Positions 8,066 through 16,410 of a stretch of 19,968 bases of DNA are shown piece by piece. Numbering within the stretch: the stretch's first letter is position 1; every line of letters starts with the position of its first letter. The position numbers and the translations under genes are program-made. This DNA comes from Anaerohalosphaeraceae bacterium (GTDB lineage Bacteria; Planctomycetota; Phycisphaerae; Sedimentisphaerales; Anaerohalosphaeraceae), in contig JBNRMN010000006.1 in assembly GCA_050309605.1 (NCBI GenBank), forward strand, positions 1 through 19,968, given 5' to 3'. The notes beneath the pieces are model-generated. The model had not been told where the DNA came from. It worked only from the letters and a program-made list of their open reading frames with translations, and made no database searches.

Positions 8066-10177
8066 ATGAACATTATCGGCTTTCATCCGCTGGATATCCT
8101 GATCATCGTCGCCTATCTGTTTATCATCACCTATATCGGCCGGAGGATTGCCGAAAAAATTCACACCGAGCAGGATTTTTTTCTGGCCGGGCGCTCGATG
8201 AACAAATTTTTCCAGTTCTTTTTGAACATGGGAATCCTCAGCGACGCCAACAGTGCCGTTCGCACCGCCAGTTTTACCTTTCACAAGGGCCTGGGCGGCG
8301 TCTGGCTGATGCTCATCGGCGTCTTTACCGGGCCGTACTATTGGTTTATGGCCGGCTGGTTCAGACGGGTTCGGCTGGTCACGATGGCCGAGTTGTTCGA
8401 AGAGCGGTTCAAAAGCAAAATCCTGCCCTCGATTTACGCTGTGGTGGGCATCTGGCTGAGCATCCTGATTATGGGCGTTGGCTACAGGGCATCGCTGCGC
8501 ACCTTTCAGGCGATGACCATCAAGCCCGTCGAGCGCTGCACCGAGGCCGAACGGCATTCGCTCCAACAGTATGACACCTACCGCCGACTCGATGCGCTGT
8601 ACAAAAGCGACCGGCTTGAGGCGGCACAACGGACCGAATACCGCATACTGGACAATTTGTACAAACAGGGACAAATCGCCGCCTATGTCTCTTACACCAA
8701 ACCGTTCTGGTTTTATTTGGTTTATACGGTTTTTGTCGGGTTGTACATCATTCTGGGCGGGCTGAAGGCCGCTGCAATGACCGATACGATCCAGGGGGTG
8801 CTGATTATTGTTTTTTCGGTCATTTTGATTCCGCTGTCGCTGGTGCGGCTGGGCGGTTGGGACGAATTTGCCGCGCGAATTCCCGACGAGATGCTGTTCG
8901 TCTTCGGGTCCGGCGGTAATGAGTTTGCCTGGAATTCCATTGCGGCGCTGGTGGTCTTGACCATCGTCGGCATCACCGGTCATCAGGGCAATATGAGTAT
9001 GTACGGGGCGGCCCGCGACGAATTAACCGCCCGCATCGCCAGCATCGGCGGCGCCTACACCAAACGGCTGCTGACGATTGTCTGGGCGCTGTGCGGGCTG
9101 TTTGCCTATGCGCTGTTTGCCGATTCCATCTCCGATCCCGACGCGGCCTGGGGCATCCTCAGCCACAACCTGCTTGGTCCCGGACTGCGGGGGGTGATGG
9201 TCGCCGGCATTCTGGCGGCCAATATGTCCACGCTCGATGCGGTGTGTGTCTATTTGTCTGCACTGTTTGTCCGTCATCTGTATAAGCCGATAGTCCCTGA
9301 CAAAAGCCAGCGCCACTACGTCAATGTGTCCCGGCTGGCGATAGTGGGGTTTTTGCTGCTGGGGATCTATGTATCGGTCTCGATGACCAGTATTATCCAT
9401 CTGATCAAGGCGCTGCCGTCGGTCAATATCATTTTCGGAGCGCCGGTGCTGCTGCTGCTGTTCTGGAAACGGCTGACGCTCAAGGCTGTCTATGTACAGG
9501 TCATTGTCTGTACGATTGTGCTGGCGATTTTGCCTCAGTTTTTACCGATTCTGCCGTCTGTTCGTTATGCGCCGCAACTGACGCAGAAAACCCATGAGCA
9601 TACGCTGGTCTATCCGGTACAGGCCTCGGCCGATGACGTGGCCGACGGCCTTGCCGAGCAGGTCGGACAGCACATTGTCAAGCCGGTCATTGTCCCGGCC
9701 GCGCCGATCTATTTTGACGCCGTGGCCCGGACCGACCCGGCTGATCTCAATGCGCCGATGACCGGAATCGGACGACTGCATACAGAACTGGTAATTGCGC
9801 GATGGCTTGGTTTTGATTTACAGGCTTTCACGCCGTCGGGATTGCTGACGCTGCGCTATCTGATTGCACTGGCACTGCCGTTTGTGCTGTTGATTCCGAT
9901 TAGTCTGCTCACCCATGACAAAGGGCTGGAAAAGACGATCGCCTGTTTTTACGCGAAGATGAAAACGCCCGTGGATCCCGACCCCCAAAAGGACGCCGAG
10001 CAGGTACGACAAAGCTGCGCCGATCCGACGCGCTTCGATCACACCAAACTGTTTGCGCGTTCCGATTGGGAATTCTGCAAATGGAACCGAACCGACACCG
10101 TCGGTTTTCTGATCAGTGTCGGCGTTACGCTGGGGATGATCGTTCTGTTCTGGGGGCTGATTCGCATCATTGCCTGA
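8066..10177 (+). CDS. sodium:solute symporter (SSS) family protein
   Basis: DFFLAGRS, TMAELFEERF, LGGLKAAAMTDTIQG, GILAANMSTLD, and many TM helices. Confidence 0.92.
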   Translation: MNIIGFHPLDILIIVAYLFIITYIGRRIAEKIHTEQDFFLAGRSMNKFFQFFLNMGILSDANSAVRTASFTFHKGLGGVWLMLIGVFTGPYYWFMAGWFRRVRLVTMAELFEERFKSKILPSIYAVVGIWLSILIMGVGYRASLRTFQAMTIKPVERCTEAERHSLQQYDTYRRLDALYKSDRLEAAQRTEYRILDNLYKQGQIAAYVSYTKPFWFYLVYTVFVGLYIILGGLKAAAMTDTIQGVLIIVFSVILIPLSLVRLGGWDEFAARIPDEMLFVFGSGGNEFAWNSIAALVVLTIVGITGHQGNMSMYGAARDELTARIASIGGAYTKRLLTIVWALCGLFAYALFADSISDPDAAWGILSHNLLGPGLRGVMVAGILAANMSTLDAVCVYLSALFVRHLYKPIVPDKSQRHYVNVSRLAIVGFLLLGIYVSVSMTSIIHLIKALPSVNIIFGAPVLLLLFWKRLTLKAVYVQVIVCTIVLAILPQFLPILPSVRYAPQLTQKTHEHTLVYPVQASADDVADGLAEQVGQHIVKPVIVPAAPIYFDAVARTDPADLNAPMTGIGRLHTELVIARWLGFDLQAFTPSGLLTLRYLIALALPFVLLIPISLLTHDKGLEKTIACFYAKMKTPVDPDPQKDAEQVRQSCADPTRFDHTKLFARSDWEFCKWNRTDTVGFLISVGVTLGMIVLFWGLIRIIA

Positions 10178-10189
10178 CGCATAAGCCGC

Positions 10190-12070
10190 TCAATCGCATG
10201 CGACCGCCTCAACCGCCGGTCCGCTGATGCGCAGATAGTCGATGTTGGCCAATCCTTCGCCGCCGACCGCCTCAAGCCGCACCTCGTGTACTCCCGAACT
10301 GAGAAGGAACCCCACCGATACCTCGTTCCAGTTGTCCCATGCCCCGGTGCCGGGGAGGCTGATTGACGGAACGATGACGGAATCGTTGATGGTCAGTTTG
10401 GCCGGTCGGTCGCCGGAGGCATTGGCATACCGCCAGCGAAACATATACGATCCGTCTTCTGTGATGCGGACTTTCCAGTCGATGCCGCTGCCGGCCGTGT
10501 TGGTGGTATCGCTGAATCCGGCGCCGGTAAAACCGGGATGTTTGCCCAAATCCACGATTCCGTCAACGCCGCAAAAACCGGTCGCATTTTCCTGAAGAAT
10601 CACACCCGCCGCTCCCGCCGCCGGCTGGGCGCATCCCTCGCCCGACAGGGCGGATTCATTGCCGTTCATATCCGTCGCTCGAACCACATAATAGTAAAAC
10701 GTACCATTCACGACATCGGTATCCGTATAGCCCGGCAGCGTCAGCAGCGATGCATTCAGCCGCTGATAGTCCGTTCCCGACGCCGTGGTGCGATAGACCC
10801 AATAGCCCGCCAGATCCGCTTGCTCATTGGCCGTCCAGTTCAGGCGGACTTGTCCGTTTTGACCCAGCGCCCATACGTTTTGCGGCGCTTCGGGCGGCGT
10901 TATATCCGCGGGCATGCGATACCAGTTGTTCGCAAAGAGCGCAAATTCAATATGATTGATCACGCCGTCATCGTTGTAATCCGCATCGAAAATGTCATCC
11001 TCTGTCAGCCAGTGCCACACGAGCATCAGCAAATCCGCCTCATCGACCAGCCCGTTCAAATCAAAATCGCCATAGAGTCCGAACAGCCAGTGCGGCGGAT
11101 ATCCCTCTTTGCCGTCAGCCCCTGCACCATATTGGACAATGACGGGAACCGCCCGGGTCGGATCCAGGTCATAGTCATATGGCGGCACAAATACCGTGTC
11201 CGTGCCGGGGTCGATTTGGCCGGTGCAGTCCTCAAAGAGGTTGCCGGATGCGGCGATCTTGCCGTAATCGGTCGGCGGCTCGCCGGCGATATAAACATAA
11301 TACGGATCGTTGATTTGCCGGAAGTAGTTGTTTTCGATGAGGCATTCGGCCTTGATTCGCGAACGCACACCGTACAGATTGCCCGGACAGTCATAAAAAT
11401 TATTATAGAGATGCACTTGGCCGAATCGCACCGAGGGGATCCGCTGCCAGCAATGGGCGCCGAACCAGTTATGATGAAACGTCACGCGAAGCTTGCCGTA
11501 GTCGCTTGTATGGCTGTCGCCGGCGCCGATCAGGCTGACGCGATTGTTATTATAGCCCGGTCCTGTAAAATAAAATCGGCACCACGAGACGGTAACGTTA
11601 TCCGACTCGCGCGTAATGTCGAGCAGGCCGTCGGCGCAGTCATAGAACGTACATCGGGTCACGATCACATCGGTGATTTTTTCTTTGATGCTGACGCCGT
11701 CACCCTCGCCCCAGTCGTAAGGATTGGTGATATTCAGCCGCTCAATGATGACGTTGGATACGCCGTTCTTGAAGCCGATCTGGCCGATAATCGTCGGCGA
11801 GGAATCGATGCCGCGAAGGGTTTTGTTGGCGCGCAGCGACACCTTTCCGCCGACCGATTCAAGGTTGAGCATTCCTTTGACCTGAACGATATAGGGCGTG
11901 CCCGCCGTTTCGACATAACTTTTGAAAAGCGACGCCGCCTGGGTCTGGCTGCCGTCAATCGTGATGACTTGACCGCCCGCGCCGCCGGTTGTCTGACGTC
12001 CGAACCCATCGGCTCGAACAACGGCGGACATACACATCACAATGAACGGCAATAGCAATACCTGTTTCAC
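10190..12070 (-). CDS. PL1 pectate lyase with dockerin-like, Fn3 and CBM35/CBM6-like domains
   Basis: GFGRQTTGGAGG, NVIIERL, DGLLDI, VTFHHNWF, QRIPSVRFGQVHLYNN. Then a GDFDLNGLVD/ADYNDDGVIN pair, Fn3 (VRLNWT...YYYVVRATD) and CBM (GFTGAGF, WRYANAS, GTGAWDNW, NIDYL). GTG start with SD AGGAG. Confidence 0.9.
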   Translation of the reverse strand: MKQVLLLPFIVMCMSAVVRADGFGRQTTGGAGGQVITIDGSQTQAASLFKSYVETAGTPYIVQVKGMLNLESVGGKVSLRANKTLRGIDSSPTIIGQIGFKNGVSNVIIERLNITNPYDWGEGDGVSIKEKITDVIVTRCTFYDCADGLLDITRESDNVTVSWCRFYFTGPGYNNNRVSLIGAGDSHTSDYGKLRVTFHHNWFGAHCWQRIPSVRFGQVHLYNNFYDCPGNLYGVRSRIKAECLIENNYFRQINDPYYVYIAGEPPTDYGKIAASGNLFEDCTGQIDPGTDTVFVPPYDYDLDPTRAVPVIVQYGAGADGKEGYPPHWLFGLYGDFDLNGLVDEADLLMLVWHWLTEDDIFDADYNDDGVINHIEFALFANNWYRMPADITPPEAPQNVWALGQNGQVRLNWTANEQADLAGYWVYRTTASGTDYQRLNASLLTLPGYTDTDVVNGTFYYYVVRATDMNGNESALSGEGCAQPAAGAAGVILQENATGFCGVDGIVDLGKHPGFTGAGFSDTTNTAGSGIDWKVRITEDGSYMFRWRYANASGDRPAKLTINDSVIVPSISLPGTGAWDNWNEVSVGFLLSSGVHEVRLEAVGGEGLANIDYLRISGPAVEAVACD

Positions 12071-12109
12071 GTTTAAGTCTCCTGTATGAAGTACATTTCA
12101 GAATGGCAT

Positions 12110-14236
12110 TCAGGGCGTCATTAGCCATTGTTCGGCAAATTTGGAAAATTCCGCCCCGTTAATCAGGCAATCGGCGTTTCTGTCCAGGCTGCCGGCACGA
12201 TCGCAGTCGTATTGCAGCCAGAATTCGGTAAACAGGGATAAGTCCTCCGTGTTGACGACTCCGTCGCCGTTCATATCGCCGTAGCGCCACGGCCGGGCCA
12301 GTCGGTCGGCGGAAATGCGTTCTTTGCCGAAGGCGTCCGATGCCCAATAGACGCCCAGCTCGTCATCCTCGCCGAGATCAAACCACTCGAGGCGAATCGG
12401 GTGCAGCCCGGCGGTGAGCAAAATTCCGCCGGACGACTCTTTCAGCCCGAATGCGCCGTCATTGTCCACCACTTCCGTCGTCCCGATAAACAGCCGGCTG
12501 CCGCCGGTTGATTCCGTTATAAAGAGGTACCAGCCGTCTGCCGGAATGTCGATGAGGCCCTCAAAAACACATCCCCATCCGTTATCGGGGTTTGCTATTT
12601 CTTCCGGAACAAAATCAGCGACAGCGCTTTGCGCCAGCGGTCTCAGCGTCTCAAAGTCCGGCAGAAAAGTCCACTGTCCTTCATAATAGCGACACAGCAG
12701 GCCGGGGCCGACGGTTTCGACCGCAACCGGCGCTCGTGCCGGTCGAATTTCTGCAAAACAAATCGCCGCCAGCGAACCGCCCGGCCCCTGGGCAATTGTC
12801 AGCCGACCGCCGGTTACCTGAACCACAGACGTGTATTCATCGTAATCCCACAGCAATGCGCCGTCCGGATCATCACAAACAATCCCTTCAATATACATTG
12901 TATTGTTGCGCTGCACATTATGACCGGGGGTGATATTCCGCGGATCGCCCGGATCGCCGCACATCAGCGTAACGTGATACAGTCCGTTCGGCAGGGCGAT
13001 TTGCCAGTATCGACTGCCGTTGTCCATGGTGATCAGGCCGTTGCGGCGAAGATCCTGATCGACCGGGACCTGCGATACGTCATCTTTGTAACTGGTCGTC
13101 AGCCGCCACAAGGCGTTGGCGGTATTCGCGGCGTTCCATCCGTAGCTGTAGCCGTTGCCTCGATTGCCGAAGACATCTCCGTAGTCAGACAGATACCCTT
13201 GTGTTTCCGGCCTGCCGGCGGGCAGAAAGTTGATGCGAATGGCGCCGTGTCCCACATCATTATGAAATCCGCCCGGCCCGGCCTGGGTTGTGACCTTTGC
13301 CGGAACATCCGCGGCCTGATCGGCCGTGTACGCATACGGCGGAACAAAGTCGTGATTCTGAGCAATCGTATAGCCCGTCGTTTGATCCAGGATGTTGCCG
13401 CTGACCTGCACCCGTCCGCCGTTTTCGCCGTAGTAGGGGGACTTGCTTTGCTGAAAGTAGGTGTGTTCAAGCAGGATCCGGGTATCGGTGCGGGCGTTCA
13501 TGCAGTAGCTTCGAACCCCCAGAAAGTAGCAGTTAAAAACATGGAGATCGGCACGGGACGAAGCGGTGTTGCGCTGCACCGTGTTGTTAAACCAGCAGTG
13601 ATGGAAGGTGTATTTGCCGATATGCAGCGGGCTTTCACGTCCGTCGGCAATAGAGGCCTTGTTGTGATAGCTGAAGATCGTCCGGGACACGGTCACATAG
13701 CCGGACGCATACGTCATATCCAGCAGCCCGTCGCCGGCCCGCGACAGATGACAGCGGTCGATCCATACGTGATGGACATTTCGCAGCGCAATGGCGTCAT
13801 AGTCGTTGACTTTGCCGTCATAATCACCCATCATATGATAATCGCGGATTGTCAGATTTTTGATGATGATGTTGCTGACGCCGTTGAGATTCAGTCCCTG
13901 ATTGATGATGGCCGCGTCATTGCCCAGACCGATGAGGGTTTTGTTGCTTTTGACATTGATCCGGCCCGGCGTCGGCGAGGCAATTTGTCCTTTGACCTGA
14001 ACGATATACGGCGCCGTCTGCGTCAGGTAATAGGCCAGATCCGACAGGGTTTCAACGGTGACCGCCTGGCCTCCTGCGCCGCCGGTTGTCCCCCCGGCCA
14101 GATAATGAATCCCCTGGCCGTCCATCGCCGCAAACCCGACCGGCCCGCCGGCGATGGCGTTGCCCGCGGCGATTAAAACCAGCAGGGCACAGAAAGAAAA
14201 AACCAACCGGCTCTTTTGCTTGCAGACCGATGACAT
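12110..14236 (-). CDS. PL1 pectate lyase-like protein with galactose-binding-like domain, PA14 domain and C-terminal dockerin-like domain
   Basis: GPVGFAA...TTGGAGG, NKTLIG, NIIIKNL, VWIDRC, DGLLD, TFHHCWF. Then IRINF...YSYGW...LPNGLYHVT, PA14 (GLLCRYYEG...FEGLIDIP...VVDNDG...GLHPIRLEWF) and GDMNGDGVVN...WL. Start moved to ATG 14236 (or GTG 14239), which follows GGGGTGA and gives a normal signal peptide. Confidence 0.87.
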   Translation of the reverse strand: MSSVCKQKSRLVFSFCALLVLIAAGNAIAGGPVGFAAMDGQGIHYLAGGTTGGAGGQAVTVETLSDLAYYLTQTAPYIVQVKGQIASPTPGRINVKSNKTLIGLGNDAAIINQGLNLNGVSNIIIKNLTIRDYHMMGDYDGKVNDYDAIALRNVHHVWIDRCHLSRAGDGLLDMTYASGYVTVSRTIFSYHNKASIADGRESPLHIGKYTFHHCWFNNTVQRNTASSRADLHVFNCYFLGVRSYCMNARTDTRILLEHTYFQQSKSPYYGENGGRVQVSGNILDQTTGYTIAQNHDFVPPYAYTADQAADVPAKVTTQAGPGGFHNDVGHGAIRINFLPAGRPETQGYLSDYGDVFGNRGNGYSYGWNAANTANALWRLTTSYKDDVSQVPVDQDLRRNGLITMDNGSRYWQIALPNGLYHVTLMCGDPGDPRNITPGHNVQRNNTMYIEGIVCDDPDGALLWDYDEYTSVVQVTGGRLTIAQGPGGSLAAICFAEIRPARAPVAVETVGPGLLCRYYEGQWTFLPDFETLRPLAQSAVADFVPEEIANPDNGWGCVFEGLIDIPADGWYLFITESTGGSRLFIGTTEVVDNDGAFGLKESSGGILLTAGLHPIRLEWFDLGEDDELGVYWASDAFGKERISADRLARPWRYGDMNGDGVVNTEDLSLFTEFWLQYDCDRAGSLDRNADCLINGAEFSKFAEQWLMTP

Positions 14237-14376
14237 CACATCACCCCCGTTGTCTTGTTCATAGCCGTATCTCCGCATTCGAAAAGCAATGGCCCTTGTC
14301 TCCGATTTTCTGTCTGCAGAAAAAGACCATTTTTTTACGTTCAGGGCGGGCCGCACATCCCCTCACACCCCTTGGA

Positions 14377-14385
14377 ATTATATCA
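14377..14385 (-). promoter_or_regulatory. extended -10 promoter for the two PL1 genes
   Basis: Minus strand TGATATAAT (TGn-TATAAT), about 140 nt upstream of the start. The -35 (TTCCTT) is weak. Confidence 0.55.
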
Positions 14386-14426
14386 AAATCAGACGGGAAA
14401 AGGAAACGGAACTTACGGTAAACAAA

Positions 14427-14465
14427 AACTTTGCGCAAAATTAGCGTTTCTTTTGCACGAAAGTT
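14427..14465. promoter_or_regulatory. palindromic operator-like site
   Basis: AACTTTGCGCAAAATT is a near-perfect palindrome, followed by a degenerate copy TTTTGCACGAAAGTT, between divergent promoters. Confidence 0.3.
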
Positions 14466-14640
14466 ATCCTCACGTCGGCAGCGGCGTACTCCGGCTTATT
14501 GACCCCTTTGCGACGCAGACCGTATCAATGCCGGCGGAATTATCGGACGAGCAGATGGAGTCGCCGGCCTCACCATGCGGACCCAATCAGTCTCAGTTAT
14601 GCAACTATCGGACACAAGGGAGGATAGAGATTTTATAGAC

Positions 14641-14669
14641 TTGACAGAGTAACGGTCGTTTAGTATAAT
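14641..14669 (+). promoter_or_regulatory. perfect-consensus sigma70 promoter
   Basis: TTGACA (14641-14646)-17 nt-TATAAT (14664-14669), 62 nt upstream of ATG 14732. Confidence 0.9.
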
Positions 14670-14731
14670 GACGATATAATTTTCAGATTGTTAACGAGTA
14701 GAAAAACCTTCAGATCGAAAGGGGCCGGCCT

Positions 14732-15469
14732 ATGTGGATGCGTACAGTACTGGCAGCGGGGGTGCTGCTGACGGCGACGGTGGTGCTGAGCGGCTGTTTT
14801 GCGGCTCAGGCCGAAGATCTCAACGCCTTTTTGGCGCCGGACGAAGCCGATATTACGGGCGAGGATTACATTATCCAGCCCCCTGACCGAATCACGGTGG
14901 TCGCCAGTGATATTCCTGAGTTGCGCGGCAGCGGCACTCAATTGGGACAAACGCAGGAGATACGTCCTGACGGAATGATTTCCTACGAAAAAATCGGCGA
15001 GATTCCTGTGGCTGGAAAAACGCCGCGACAAGTGGCCGAATTAATTGCCCAGCGCCTCAGCGATCTGTACAAACTGACCGGCGACTATCCCATTGATGTT
15101 CGTGTCAACAATCAGAGCAAACTGTATTATGTGCTCGGTCAGGTCCGCCAGCCCGGTGCTAAAATCTTTACCGGTCGCGAAACGACGCTCTCGGCGCTGG
15201 CCAAGGCCATTCCGACCGATTACGCCTGGAAGGAACAGATTCAGGTCATTCGGCCCTCGCAGGTGGTCGGAGAGCGTTCAAAAATTTTCCGCCTGGACTA
15301 TCGCGATATGGTCATTCGCGGTCGAACCGACCAAATCGTGCTTTTGGAAGAAGGCGACATTATCTATGTCCCGCCGACGGTATTTGCGGCTATCGGTATA
15401 ACGGTCGGCGAAATTGTCGGCCCGATCCTGCAGGGTGGTCGTACCGTCCAGATGATGGGCGGGCTGTAA
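14732..15469 (+). CDS. polysaccharide biosynthesis/export family (Wza/OPX-like) lipoprotein
   Basis: Lipobox LSGC. Poly_export motif YIIQPPDRITV...IRPDGMISYEKIGEIPVAGKT. SLBB YVLGQVRQPG...LEEGDIIYVP. C-terminal amphipathic helix. Confidence 0.9.
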   Translation: MWMRTVLAAGVLLTATVVLSGCFAAQAEDLNAFLAPDEADITGEDYIIQPPDRITVVASDIPELRGSGTQLGQTQEIRPDGMISYEKIGEIPVAGKTPRQVAELIAQRLSDLYKLTGDYPIDVRVNNQSKLYYVLGQVRQPGAKIFTGRETTLSALAKAIPTDYAWKEQIQVIRPSQVVGERSKIFRLDYRDMVIRGRTDQIVLLEEGDIIYVPPTVFAAIGITVGEIVGPILQGGRTVQMMGGL

Positions 15470-15497
15470 TCGCCGATTATGGGGGGATTGATCTGTC

Positions 15498-16337
15498 ATG
15501 AATGCGCAGCGGTTGTTAAAACGTATTCATATCCTGGGGACGGTATGGTTCCTCGTATGCGCCGCGGCCCTGCTGGTCGTGTCGTTGCGTCAGGCGGGGG
15601 TCAACTGGTGGCTGATCTTTTCGATCTCCGGTTATGGGGTGGTATTATTTGCCTTTTTTCTGGCACTGTATTTATTTGCACTGTTTCGCGGCGTGGTCCG
15701 AGCGCAATGTATCGAAGAGCACCCGCTGTCCACCTCGCCGGCGTATCTGTTTTTTTATGACGCCGCCCCGTTTCTTGGTGCGGTAGCCGGACTGCTCGGC
15801 AGTTACGGGATTTCCGAACCTGCCGCGATTATACGCATTGTGGCCGAGGGAACGCTGGCCATGACGTTTTTGACCTGGGTGCTGTTGGATTCGGTCATTG
15901 GTCTTGTTGAGGCCATCCTTCCGGAAAGCCGGCGCCATCGAGCACGACGGCTGGCCGAGGCCAGGGCCGAAAAACAACGCATTCAGCGTGAAAACGTCGC
16001 ACTGCTCGAATCGCTGGAGCAGCGGGAACTGAATTTACGGCGTGCGTGGGAACAAACGTTTCGCGACAGTGTCGAAGAGCTGGCCGAGTTGTACTGCGAC
16101 CCCGGCGGTCGGTTGCGGCAGATTCAGACCAAAACCGCGGAAATAGGAGCAAAAGCCTGGCACATGGGACAAATTGCCTGTATGCGGTTTGTCCATCAGA
16201 TGATTCGGGACCGGATGTGCGATCGCGCGCAAAACGGCTGCGTCGATTATGCGGCCCTGTGGTGGGATGGGATTGGAACGTGGCGGCGCCCCAAAGAACC
16301 GACAGCCGCGTTGATTCAGACGTCAAGCGCACACTGA
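15498..16337 (+). CDS. hypothetical membrane protein (~4 TM helices, charged coiled segment, C-terminal WWDGIGTW domain)
   Basis: 279-aa ORF with four hydrophobic stretches in the N-terminal half, an R/E-rich helix and a Trp-rich C-terminal motif. Confidence 0.75.
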   Translation: MNAQRLLKRIHILGTVWFLVCAAALLVVSLRQAGVNWWLIFSISGYGVVLFAFFLALYLFALFRGVVRAQCIEEHPLSTSPAYLFFYDAAPFLGAVAGLLGSYGISEPAAIIRIVAEGTLAMTFLTWVLLDSVIGLVEAILPESRRHRARRLAEARAEKQRIQRENVALLESLEQRELNLRRAWEQTFRDSVEELAELYCDPGGRLRQIQTKTAEIGAKAWHMGQIACMRFVHQMIRDRMCDRAQNGCVDYAALWWDGIGTWRRPKEPTAALIQTSSAH

Positions 16338-16410
16338 TGTAACGTTTGCGTGTGCGGAAATTGAAATAGAACAGATAATCTGAACTCAATTTAATTTGAG
16401 GGGAGTGATG

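Noticed and set aside
753..8983. Minus-strand ORFs of 288, 190, 259 and 306 aa
   Set aside because: Shadows of the sigma/anti-sigma, pilin, GH105 and symporter genes.
10538..14176. Long + strand ORFs of 505 aa and 515 aa
   Set aside because: Antisense shadows of the two PL1 genes, with no recognisable motifs. Such ORFs are expected in GC-rich coding DNA.
14237..14356. N-terminal 40 codons of the 748-aa ORF
   Set aside because: The SD and signal peptide fit a start at 14236/14239, so this stretch is probably 5' UTR.
14255..14638. 127-aa ORF in the divergent intergenic region
   Set aside because: Overlaps promoter elements and has no SD or recognisable motif.
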